A stretch of DNA of 64,000 nt from Lysobacterales bacterium (GTDB lineage: Bacteria; Pseudomonadota; Gammaproteobacteria; Xanthomonadales; SZUA-5): the NCBI GenBank assembly GCA_022844165.1, contig JALHMH010000021.1:1-64000 (forward strand). Direction: 5' to 3'. Below are positions 19,152-30,000 of this stretch, piece by piece. The notes under the pieces are model-generated. The model ran no database searches, was not told the origin of the DNA, and saw only the letters and a list, made by a program, of their open reading frames with translations. Position numbers and translations under genes: made by a program. Position 1 is the stretch's first letter, and every line of letters starts with the position of its first letter.

Positions 19152-19300
19152 CTAACACGTTGTTGAGAAACGCACTTCCGGTGCGCTTCTCAAGTCGCGA
19201 GTCCGGACTCGCTCTCGATGGATCAAGCACTTGCGTGCTCGATCCATGAGCGAACCATCCATGGTTCGTGCTGGCAGCCTGCTTCTCAACAGCCTGCTAA
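19152..19300. mobile_element. MITE-like element, family 2, copy 1
   Basis: Imperfect terminal inverted repeats CTAACACGTTGTTGAGAA / TTCTCAACAGCCTGCTAA; internal sequence collinear with 52476..52631. Confidence 0.75.
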
Positions 19301-19561
19301 CCCGCATATTTTATGAGGTCGCGAGGAAATGGCCTGATTTCGTTGCAACGGCGAGGAATACTCGAAGTCGATCAAAATAACAGACTGTTCACTGCCATTT
19401 CCTCACTAACGCGGCCCTCGCTGGTTCTTTGCGATCTTCCGCGTTCTCTCATGAAATATTCGGGCTGATGACAGCAACAATTTCTGTTGCGATGCGCCCA
19501 ATTAACAAAAAAACCTACGCTTGGCGCAAGCCGCCGGGCGTTGGTCGTTCTTGCCGAAGCT

Positions 19562-20416
19562 CTACTTCGCCTTTGTGGCGAAAGCATGCTCGAGCAAAGG
19601 CGTGGAGAAGCCCTCGGCAATCACGTGCCCGGTTGCATACCGATAGAGCGCGGCGGAATAAATGCCCTGCAGGGCCGCCTGGATCAACCCCATGAATATC
19701 GTCAGAATCACGCCGGTTGCAACGAGTGTGAACCCCAGGGCCGCACTACCGCTGGAGAAACCGACGACAGCGAGTCCTCCGAAGACGACCCAAAGAACCA
19801 CATAGCCCAGGCCAAACACAATACCCACGCCGCCTTGACCAATGACGTTTTCGCCCCAGGTCTTCTTCAGAAGCTCCGCGCTTTCCTTCACTGCCTGCAT
19901 CGGACCAACGTTCTTATGAACCAACACCGGCACGACCATAAAGGAGGCCATGGTCCATGCGACGCCGATGAGTCCGACCACAATCTTGCCCAGCCAGCCA
20001 GCGCGTTCTTCGATTGCCCGCAAAATGAGACCTACCGTCGCAGCGATGACCGCGTAACCTAAAATTTGGCCGACGCGCGCCCATGCAATGCGGAAGCCAT
20101 CGGCAACCGTTGGATCTCCACCTTCCAGGCGGATCGAAGCTGCTCCGATCAGCGCCGTATTAAAGAAAAATATGACGAAGTACTGGACGAGGTAAAAAGC
20201 AAACAGCCAAACCCAAAAACCGATCGGCACGTCGCCGCCCTGTACAGAATCTCCCTGGCCCATGAACATCATTACGCCCGGGAGAATGAAGCTGATTGCA
20301 ACAAGAACTGCTGCGACAGACGACACCGCCGGGAAAACCAGCAGCTCTCGATCTTTCTGAAGAACTGACGCGCTGGCCTTGATGAGGTCCCAACTACGTG
20401 CAAACTTATCGAACAT
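19562..20416 (-). CDS. Conserved membrane protein (DUF6159-like)
   Basis: MFDKFARSWDLIKAS..DRELLVFP, FFNTAL, FMVVPVLV..ESAELLKKTWGE, YSAALYRYA; about 6 TM helices. Confidence 0.75.
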   Translation of the reverse strand: MFDKFARSWDLIKASASVLQKDRELLVFPAVSSVAAVLVAISFILPGVMMFMGQGDSVQGGDVPIGFWVWLFAFYLVQYFVIFFFNTALIGAASIRLEGGDPTVADGFRIAWARVGQILGYAVIAATVGLILRAIEERAGWLGKIVVGLIGVAWTMASFMVVPVLVHKNVGPMQAVKESAELLKKTWGENVIGQGGVGIVFGLGYVVLWVVFGGLAVVGFSSGSAALGFTLVATGVILTIFMGLIQAALQGIYSAALYRYATGHVIAEGFSTPLLEHAFATKAK

Positions 20417-20546
20417 CGTCTCGCCCCGTTTGATTGGTCCAGGCGTGAAGCCTAGCGTTTTTCTGAACGTCGCGTCAGGGGTTCGGATCCGCAAGCGCCC
20501 TTCGTCAGCCGCGTATGCTTCGCTCTAAATCTCCCAAGCGACTGCC

Positions 20547-23087
20547 GTGACCGATACCACCGACCATACGCCCCTGATGCGCCAGTACTTCGCGCTGAAA
20601 GCCGAGCAGCCTGATTTGCTGCTTCTGTTTCGTATGGGCGATTTTTACGAGCTGTTCTACGACGATGCCAAACGCGCAGCAAACTTGCTCGACATCACGT
20701 TGACCCAACGAGGTCAGTCGGCGGGCGCCCCGATACCGATGGCCGGCGTACCGGTGCATGCTCTCGATGGGTATCTGGCGAAACTTATCAAGCTTGGCGA
20801 AGCGGCGGCAATTGCCGAACAGATTGGGGATCCGCGCGAGGCAAAGGGCCTTGTCGAGCGCCGAATCACGCGCATCGTCACTCCAGGCACAGTGGTCGAT
20901 GACGGTCTGGTAGACGTCCGCCGTGACAACCTGCTGCTCGCGATTGCTCACGGCCAGGAATGCGGTCTTGCGTGGCTCGATCTGGGCGCAGGCATTGTGC
21001 GACTGATGCAAGTCGCCATTGGCGATCTTGACGCTGAACTGGCGCGCTTGAATCCAGCGGAAACACTGATTGCAGAGGGCGTCGCGACGCCACACGACGC
21101 CGGAATGGTGCGGCAAATGTTGCCGTGGCATTTCGACAATGACGCCGGGCGTCGTGCGCTACTGGCACAATTTGGGGTGCAGGATTTGTGTGGCTTTGGG
21201 GCCGAAAAAAGTGGCAACGCCTTAGGAGCTGCCGGTGCGCTGCTGCAGTACCTGCGCGACACGCAGAAGACCACCCTTTTGCGTCTTGCGGGACTCGCCG
21301 TAGAACAGAGTTCGGACACGCTTCACCTGGACTCGGCGACACGTCGTCATCTTGATCTCGATGACGATGCTTCCGACCGCCGCAACAACGCACTCATCGG
21401 CGTTCTTGACGAATGCCTGACCGGCATGGGCGCGCGGCTGCTCAGGCGGTGGTTGGCGAGGCCGTTGCGTGACCGAGCAACGCTGGGCGGGCGGCTTGAC
21501 GGCATTGATGCACTGCGCACCTCAGTCTTGATCGATCGAGTGCGCGAGTTATTGACTCCGATCGGCGACGTTGAACGAATGTTGGGGCGGGTTGCCCTGG
21601 GTTCGGCCCGACCTCGTGATCTGACCGGCCTGCGACGGGCACTGGGGTTGTTGCCCGCCATTGGCGATTGCATAGAGCGCGACGGCATGCCACCACTTCT
21701 GGCAATGGCACGATCGTTCGTCGATCTCGATTCGTTGCACGCGCATCTCTCGCGTGCTTTGGTTGAACAGCCGCCACTGCTGATGCGCGATGGTGGCGTC
21801 ATCGCCGATGGTTTCGACGCTGAACTCGACGAGCTCCGGCGACTATCTGCAGGCGCCGACCAGTTCCTGATCGAACTCGAAGCACGCGAACGCGAGGCTA
21901 CTGGTATCGCAAATCTTCGTGTCGCCTACAACCGTGTGCACGGCTATTACCTGGAGGTGACCCGCTCGCAGTTGGATCGTGTGCCCTCGGGCTGGTCGCG
22001 GCGCCAGACTTTAAAGGGCGCCGAGCGCTTCATCACCGACGAACTCAAAAAATACGAAGATCAGGTACTTGGGAGCAAAGAGCGCGCCCTGATGCGCGAA
22101 CGCGCAATCTACGAGTCGCTGATCGAACACGTGCAACAGCTTTTGCCATCGTTGCGCGCAGCCTCGGATTCGCTTGCGCATCTCGATGCGATTGCCTCGC
22201 TGGCACGCATCGCAGAGCGTCAACGCTGGACGCGACCGAATTTTGGCAATGAACCCGGCATTCGTATCGAGCGCGGCCGCCATCCGGTGGTCGAAATTGT
22301 GCGCAAAGATGCGTTTGAGCCGAACGATCTTTGCCTGGATTCGGCAACCCGGATGCTGATCATCACCGGGCCGAACATGGGCGGGAAAAGCACATTCATG
22401 CGCCAGAACGCACTGATCGTGTTGTTGGCGCATATCGGTTCGCACGTGCCGGCGACGCTCGCGTACATTGGACCGATCGATCGTATTTTTACCCGCATCG
22501 GCGCTGGCGACGACCTAGCGCGAGGGCAGTCGACCTTTATGGTCGAAATGAGCGAGACCGCACGCATTTTGCACAACGCCACCGCGCAGAGTCTGGTGTT
22601 GATGGATGAGATCGGCCGCGGAACGAGCACTTACGATGGACTAGCAATCGCGCGCGCCTGCGCAGTCGAACTTGCGCAGCGCAACCGCGCTTTCACGCTG
22701 TTTGCCACGCATTACTTCGAACTAACCGAGCTCGCCGACGAAGTGCCGGCCGTTGCAAACGTGCATCTGGACGCTATCGAACATGGTCACTCGTTGGTCT
22801 TCTTGCACGCGGTCAAGCCGGGTCCGGCGAATCGCAGTTTTGGCTTGCAGGTTGCCGCGTTGGCGGGGCTTCCGCAGACTGTGCTCAAGCGGGCTCGCGA
22901 TACGCTGCGTGCGCTTGAGGCCGGACATCGCGTTTCGCCCCAGGCAGCGACAGTTCCTGCCCAATTCGACCTCTTCGCAGCACCGCCATCTGCGGTTGTG
23001 GTGGCATTGCAGGACATCGACCCAGACACGCTATCGGCAAAGCAGGCGCTCGACTTGGTTTATCGCTTGAAGAGTATGAGCGCCTAA
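20547..23087 (+). CDS. mutS: DNA mismatch repair protein MutS
   Basis: [50 protein letters not shown]. Confidence 0.98.
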   Translation: MTDTTDHTPLMRQYFALKAEQPDLLLLFRMGDFYELFYDDAKRAANLLDITLTQRGQSAGAPIPMAGVPVHALDGYLAKLIKLGEAAAIAEQIGDPREAKGLVERRITRIVTPGTVVDDGLVDVRRDNLLLAIAHGQECGLAWLDLGAGIVRLMQVAIGDLDAELARLNPAETLIAEGVATPHDAGMVRQMLPWHFDNDAGRRALLAQFGVQDLCGFGAEKSGNALGAAGALLQYLRDTQKTTLLRLAGLAVEQSSDTLHLDSATRRHLDLDDDASDRRNNALIGVLDECLTGMGARLLRRWLARPLRDRATLGGRLDGIDALRTSVLIDRVRELLTPIGDVERMLGRVALGSARPRDLTGLRRALGLLPAIGDCIERDGMPPLLAMARSFVDLDSLHAHLSRALVEQPPLLMRDGGVIADGFDAELDELRRLSAGADQFLIELEAREREATGIANLRVAYNRVHGYYLEVTRSQLDRVPSGWSRRQTLKGAERFITDELKKYEDQVLGSKERALMRERAIYESLIEHVQQLLPSLRAASDSLAHLDAIASLARIAERQRWTRPNFGNEPGIRIERGRHPVVEIVRKDAFEPNDLCLDSATRMLIITGPNMGGKSTFMRQNALIVLLAHIGSHVPATLAYIGPIDRIFTRIGAGDDLARGQSTFMVEMSETARILHNATAQSLVLMDEIGRGTSTYDGLAIARACAVELAQRNRAFTLFATHYFELTELADEVPAVANVHLDAIEHGHSLVFLHAVKPGPANRSFGLQVAALAGLPQTVLKRARDTLRALEAGHRVSPQAATVPAQFDLFAAPPSAVVVALQDIDPDTLSAKQALDLVYRLKSMSA

Positions 23088-23092
23088 GTTGC

Positions 23093-24007
23093 TCAGGCCG
23101 GCGGCGGTTTTGCCGCATCCACGACCCGGTTCCTGCCACGCCCTTTGGCATCGTACAGCGCCTGATCAGCGATTCTCAGCAATTCGGCCGTGCTGCGCAT
23201 CTCCTGTGTCTGAGCCGCGACACCGATGCTGACGGTTAGATTGAGCGCCTTCCCGTCGTCGATCGGTAAGGCGGTCGCCTGCAGATCAGCTCGGATCCGT
23301 TCGGCAAGCGCCATAAACTTGTCGTGATCGGATGCCTGGGAAAACACCAGAAACTCTTCACCACCGAGCCGACCACCCACCATTTCAGTGCTCAGGCACT
23401 CTTTGACGACTGCGGAGAAGCCGGCCAGCACACGATCTCCGGCCAAATGCCCATGGATATCGTTGACTTTCTTGAAGTGGTCAAGATCGAGCAGCATGAC
23501 GCGCAGCCGTCCTGGCTCGCGTCGACCGCGGTCAAATGCATGTTCCAACATCTCACGCGACTGGCGCCGATTGTAAAAACCGGTGAGGCCATCAAACACC
23601 GCGTGATTCAGCAATTCCCGGTGATAGGTGGCCTCGGCACTGCCTTCACCGAAAAATTTGAGCTCGCAGTGACCAACGCGCAAACGATCGCCATCGCGCA
23701 ACCCAAACTTGGTGATTTGCTCACCGTTGACGAAAGTGTGATTTGTCGAACCCAGATCCTCGACCGTGTACCCATCGCCATCTCTGGCAATTCGGCAATG
23801 CCGCCGCGAAACGGATGAGTCGCTCAATGCAAGGCCACAGTCCTCAGCCCGTCCGATCACCAGAGGATTGTCGTCGACTCGCGCCTCCAGGCCAAGTTGC
23901 GCACCGGCCACGACAACCACACACGCCGGCTCGCGCCGCACACGCTCTTCTGCTGGCGTGATCAGGCGCGTTGTGGTGCTATTGGGAGGTGTGTTTTGTT
24001 CGGTCAT
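23093..24007 (-). CDS. FHA-GGDEF diguanylate cyclase
   Basis: FHA: IGR..VSRRH..DLGSTN..VNG; GGDEF: DGLTG..N, DLDHFKKVND..GH..GD, GGEEF. Confidence 0.92.
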   Translation of the reverse strand: MTEQNTPPNSTTTRLITPAEERVRREPACVVVVAGAQLGLEARVDDNPLVIGRAEDCGLALSDSSVSRRHCRIARDGDGYTVEDLGSTNHTFVNGEQITKFGLRDGDRLRVGHCELKFFGEGSAEATYHRELLNHAVFDGLTGFYNRRQSREMLEHAFDRGRREPGRLRVMLLDLDHFKKVNDIHGHLAGDRVLAGFSAVVKECLSTEMVGGRLGGEEFLVFSQASDHDKFMALAERIRADLQATALPIDDGKALNLTVSIGVAAQTQEMRSTAELLRIADQALYDAKGRGRNRVVDAAKPPPA

Positions 24008-27000
24008 TCGTTTTCCGACTCGAAACCTTCGCCGAATACGCCGATTGTATCGACGTCTGTGCTTTCGTTGTTGACCAGACTGGGATCCGGTACGTTTGGC
24101 GGCGGTTGCACTGCAGCTGTATTGGCCACGATCTGCTCAGGTGTCAGTTGCACCGCAGCAGTCAACGTAAACGTCGCCTGCGAACCGCTCGCCAGACTCA
24201 CCAACACGTCAATCGAACCCGTGCCACTGGCGGGACACGAACCGTTGCCGTTGACGCCACATGTCCATGTGGCTGCGCTCAACTGCGCTGGCAGGATATC
24301 CGTTATGCGCGCGTTGGTCACGGGTTGTGGACCATTGTTTGTCACCAGAATGACGTAGGTGACCTGGCTTCCGCCGGGCAGCAGACGCAAACCGTTGCGT
24401 TTGACAATCGCCAGATCGGCATTGGATGCACTGACCGTGTGGGGTTCCAGATCGGTCGACGGCAAGAAGTTCGCGTCTCCCAGGTAACGTGCCTGCAGAT
24501 CAAAGACTCCGGCATTCTTCGGTACAAAGCTGCAACTCAATGCCGGTAAGAACGCGCTACAACTGCCGACGCCATCCGTGATGAAGATCTCGCCCGTGGG
24601 CGTGCCGGCGCCGGGGGTAACAACAGCCAGTGCCGTGGTCACAGTGATTGGCTCATTCAGCGCCGAAGGATCTGGCGTGTCTGCAACGATCGTGATTTGA
24701 GTGGCAGCGGGGTTCACAGCGTGCGCTTGCGTCGCTGATTGACTGCTGGCCAACAAAGGCGTGCCTAGGAAACGGGCTTGCACCGCGGTTGTGATCGCCA
24801 GACTGGACGACAACTGGCAACTATTGGCACTGGCAAGATTGATGGTACATGTCTGGTTGTCGGTCAGCTGGCGCACTTCCACCAAGCCCGTGGCCACCGG
24901 CATCGCGCCGTCGGTGACAGCGACTGTCACCGTGTAAGGCTGTCCGACAATGCTGGGCTCAGGCGCAACATTGGCAATCGTTGTCGTTGTCGGCAATGGC
25001 CCGGCGATCGTGTGGGTGGCCGTGCCACTGGAGTTGACAAACGCAGTACTGCTGCCATTAAACGCCGCAGTCAGCGTGATCAGCCCGGGCGCGCCAACGC
25101 TTGTCAAGGTACAGGTGCCAGCTGATCCGGCGCCTGACAGCGGCGCCAGCGGCGCGACGCAACTACCACCACGACCATCGTTGATGGTCAAAGCACCAGC
25201 CGTGGTAAATGGCGAAGGAGCGTCTGGCACAACTTCTACAGTCACGTTGTATGGATCGCCAGCAAAAGTGGGGTCCGGCGTATCGGCAACGATGACTGTG
25301 GTCGTTGCGTAGTGCGACAGCTCAGAGGAGCGACCCTGTGCATCTGTGGCGATCGCAACCAACACGCTGTCGTCGGTTAACGTCACGCCACTCGGGATAT
25401 TGAAGTTGAAACTTCCGCCGATCGGACCCCTGTCGACGGTCGGCGGCACCAGCGTTCCACTGCCCAGGTACGCGCCCAGCTCATCACCTTCGGCAACAAA
25501 AACATCGATCCGGATCGGGTAATTATTAGGGGCCGATAGCGCTGGCGTGTCCAGCGTTAACGTGACATCGACCTGATCGGGATCGGGCGAGGTGTTGATA
25601 CTGAAGGCAGAAAACACGGGAAAGTTCTGCAGATCATTCGGCCCGATGTCGGCATCGCCAGCGTCGTTGGCCGTTCGCCCATCGCCCGCCAGATCAAGGG
25701 CCAATCCGCCGTTGCTGTTGATCAGGTTGGGGCCAAAAACGGCGACCCTGCCGACATTGCCAGCCGCATTCGTGAACAGCACGCCATTGCCGCCGTTGAA
25801 ACGAATCTGATTGCCAATCGGGTCGCCAACCGCCAGGCCGATATCAACTTGCGAATCGACCAGGCCGGAAATGTGGACACCGTTGCCGCCGTTGGGCAAC
25901 GCAGACAGTCCGGAGGCGCTGGTACCGATGCGATTGGCGAAGATAGCGGCGCCCAGGTCGAAGCACGCACTGCCAACAACAACGCACTGCAGCCGCACGG
26001 CATCTTCGTCATGACCACTGATCACGTTGTTGCGCAAGTACAGCCCCGTACTGGCGGGCCCTGAAACCTCAGCGTACAAACCACGCCGACCATTTGCCGC
26101 GAAGCTCACAGTCCCGGTCCGATCGGTCCCGATATAGTTGAGCTCCGCTTGTAGAGCATTGCCGCTGGTCAACTCCAGCGCCTGCTCAGAGAAGCCTGCA
26201 AGTACGTTGCGTGACATCGGCGCACGCACCGGATCGCCAACAACAACGTCGCCGACCGAGCGCACGCCGACCGCTTGCGCACTACCGACGGTCGTGCCGT
26301 CGGCGCGTAGCCCGATCAGATTGCCGAATACGAACAGGACGTTTTCAGGTGCGCCACTACCGACAATTTGGGCCCCGGAAAAGCTGTGGACGGCAATTCC
26401 CTCCACGCGACTCGGCCCACCGCCCAGCGCGAATACCAATCCATCAGTGCCAGCACCGGTCAGCGAACCGTCGATCTCAATCTGGATAACCATATTGAGC
26501 GGCCCGAAGCCAAGTTCCGAATTAGGCACTGAACCGGGCTGGGAATTTCCGTCGAACCGGATGTTGTTCGGTAACATTGGCAACGCGCTGCCAGGCGTAA
26601 TGACGTGCGGCCCAGCTCCAGGGATATTGAATTCGATGTCTGCCCCCGGACCAAACAACACCGCACCCGCCATGGCTCCTCGAAGCGTGCAATCGTTCAA
26701 TGCCGCCGTACACGCCTGGGCCGCAGGAGATGAATCATCGTCGCTGCGATCTACCACGAATGTGCTCTGAGCAGCCGCCAGGCGCACAGCGTTCGGGATG
26801 TTGGTCAACACGAATCCCGGAAAATCGTTGCTGCCCAGGGCAACCGCACCGCTGCGGCTGCCGCTGTAGGTAATGAAGTCGAAGACATCGGTCGGCGTTG
26901 GCGTAAAGCTCAGCGCGAGTGCGTCCAGCGTACCTGCGAGTGTTACATTGCCATTGATTGTGAGACGGTCGTACTCCATCCCCGCCACCGTACCGCTGGC

Positions 27001-30000
27001 CTGCATGATGAACCGAGTCGTCGGCTGGGCAGTGAAATCTCCCTGTACCGTCAAGATGCCTGGGCTGGTGCCGGGGCGGATTTCCACCTGCCCAACATCG
27101 AGATCGGCGCCGATCGTTCCGGATCCGCGCAACGTCCCATTGTTGAACACCAACACAGTGCTACGGCTCAACGTGGCGCCAGCAGCGATATCGATGATCG
27201 ATCCTGCTGAGCTTAGCAAGTTGCTTTCCAGCAGCAACTGGCCAGCATCGACGTTGAGCGTGCCATCGAGCTGGAGATTGAAGCCGGCACCCAGCGAGTT
27301 GCTGCCGGTCGAGCTGCTACCCAGAATACCTGCGGCCTGAACCACCACAGCGCCACAAGGTGGTGCAACCAGGCACTGAATTCGGGCAGCTTCGAGCGAA
27401 GAGCCGTTGAGGTTCAATCCGCCGATCACATCTACTCTGGCGCTGCCGTCTAGCAGTAGCGTGGTTTCATTGATGTCCATCGCGCCCGCAACCTCAATGG
27501 TGCGATTGCGCAAAATACGTTGTGCGGGCGACTGCCGAATCATATTCAGCGCCGAACCAACGGCAACACGGAACAACGCTGTGCCCAGGGTTGCTGTGAT
27601 TTCGCCGCCATTCCAAAGCAGTGTTCCGGTTAAATTGATGTCATCCTCGCCACTGATTTGGGCGCTTTCGAGCAGGACATCAACGAGTTCGACGGAAGCT
27701 CCGGTCGTCGAAAATTCCACCACACCGCCCAAAAGTTCGACCGGTCCCGGATGGGCGTAGCCGCCGGTGAAGATCAGGGAACCTGCGCCGGACTTAATCC
27801 AGAATCCATCGCCACTGATCGGCAACGGGCCAGTCATCGTTCGGGTCACCGATACGGGAAGATCAAATTGCAGCTCGCCACCGGGCGCCACGTTGTGAGA
27901 TCCACTGTCGATGCCGCCGCCGCTGATCTCCAGTCGCCCTTCAATGACATTGACTTGTCCCGAATTTTGAAAGGGAACATTCGCCGTAATCACGGCGAGA
28001 CCTCCGCCCAGTTTATTGAACGTGCCGGCGTTATCGAAAAGGATGAGCGGCGCGCCGTCGCCCGAGATGGTGGATAGGCCGTCGATACTTGCTCTGAATA
28101 TGCCCGGGTTTGCAATTTGAGCATCTGCGGCAACCACAATGTTGCCGCCGGTCCACAGGACGTCCCCAGAGTTCACCCAAGACCGTGCGCGCAATGTCTT
28201 GACGCCGCCGCCGAGCGTTGCGGTTGCGCCTGCCAAGAGTATCAGCTCGTCGCTGCTCGGTGAGACGCCAGCCAATTCCCCGCCAAGCCAGGTCAATGTG
28301 CCAGCAACTTCAAGATCTCCGTTGCCACCGATCGTCCCAGCTTCGATGGTCAGATTGTTCACGGTGCGGTTTCCACCCAGTGCGACGTTCGCGAGCGGCG
28401 TTGATGCACTGACCACCGCGGTATCGGCAGCGCCAGGCGTACCCGCCGGCGTGCCAGAACCGGTGGAACAACCATTCCAATTCGCAGGGACGTTCCACGC
28501 ACCCGCACCGTTGACGTTCCAGGTGCAGGTCGCAGTGACTTGTTCGGCATAGAGCAGATCATCGCCCGTCAGCTGCAATGCGAATGCCGCATTCGGATTC
28601 CCGATGAGTGCAGGAACCTGAGCAAAACCCGCTGGTCCATCGACCACTGTGAAAGGCCCTGTGCCGTTGGCGACGGAACAGCTGCTGGGCATCACGCGCA
28701 GACTGCCATTGAGCGTCAGGCCCGGGCCGGCGAGCAGTTGCCTGGCCTGCCCACACGTCGGTCCTTTCTCCGCCGAGAACATGGGCAACAAAGGCACAGC
28801 CAGCACGCCAGCAGAACCCTGCTGATAAGCCCCGGTGATCGACGCCGCGAGTCCAACTTGCAACTCACCTCCGGTTTGCGTAAGCGCTCCTGTAATGGTG
28901 CCATCCAGAAATATGCTGCCGTTGGATTGCTGCAAGGCCGACGCCGTCGTCAGACTCGCCGAATCGCTGATCCGCAGTTCGCCGGAACTCTGCACGAATC
29001 CACCACCCACGGACAGGGTTGATGCATTCAGAATCTGGATGGAACCGTTGGCGAGCAGCACATCATCGTCAACCTGCAGGCCGCCGAATTGAACGTTGAC
29101 CAGGGCGGAAAACAGGTCATTGACCAGGAGGTCGATGTCGGGGCGCAACCGAACCAAATTAGGCTCCGTCAGTCGCAGAATGCCACCGACGGTCACAGTG
29201 GTTGCGCATGAAGCCGGCAGCTCGCAGGCAAAATCCAATGTCCCGCTGTCTGCGGCCACGGTCAGTTGGCCACTGGGAAGAATGGTCAGTTGCGCGCCGG
29301 CATCGAACAGCTGCTCACTGCGAACTTCGTGCTCCCGATAGACCTGGAGGTGAATATTGTCGTAGGTCGTGGATCCAACGCTACTGAAGAACGCATCGTT
29401 CCCAGCTACCGCGATCGATCGAACGCCGCCGTTACCATTCACTCGAGCCGAGGTTGTGAGCCCATATCGGTGAAGCACCACGACAGATCCGCTAAGGTCG
29501 ACGACAGCATTGGCCGATGCTGTGAACCGCGACAACTCGCGCGGAGTTGCCCACGTTGGCAGCACCACACGCGTGCCCGCCCCTTCTGCGTGCAGACCAA
29601 TGCCGCGTTCCGGCGCGGAGAGAAGGGTGCTGGTGGCTCCAGTTTGGAACCAGTAAGTGCCGGCGCGGCCTTTGAGTGAAAGCAGACTCCCAAGCGCTCT
29701 GGGTTGCGTGATGCGCAGGGTCGACGCTGCGGCAACGTGTAGAAGACCATTGTCGGCACCAGGGATGTTGAAGGTCGTGTCGCCAAGCGCCAGCAGTTTG
29801 CCGTCGATGTTCAGCGATCCGGCATCTGCGGTGTCGAAGATCTGTGGTCCTCCGCGCACTACAAGGCGACCCGTTGGGCTGACATTGAAGCTGCCCAAAT
29901 TGAAGTTCGCGTTACCACCCTGAAAGCTCCAGGTGCCGGCCATGGTCAGCGTACCTTCGATGGACATCGAAAAGTTGGCCGCAAGTATCTCCACACTCGA

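Noticed and set aside
19027-19230. N-terminal extension of the kinase in the ORF track, and likewise 52565..52735 for the DGC
   Set aside because: The extensions run into MITE/intergenic sequence; better starts precede the TM/signal segments
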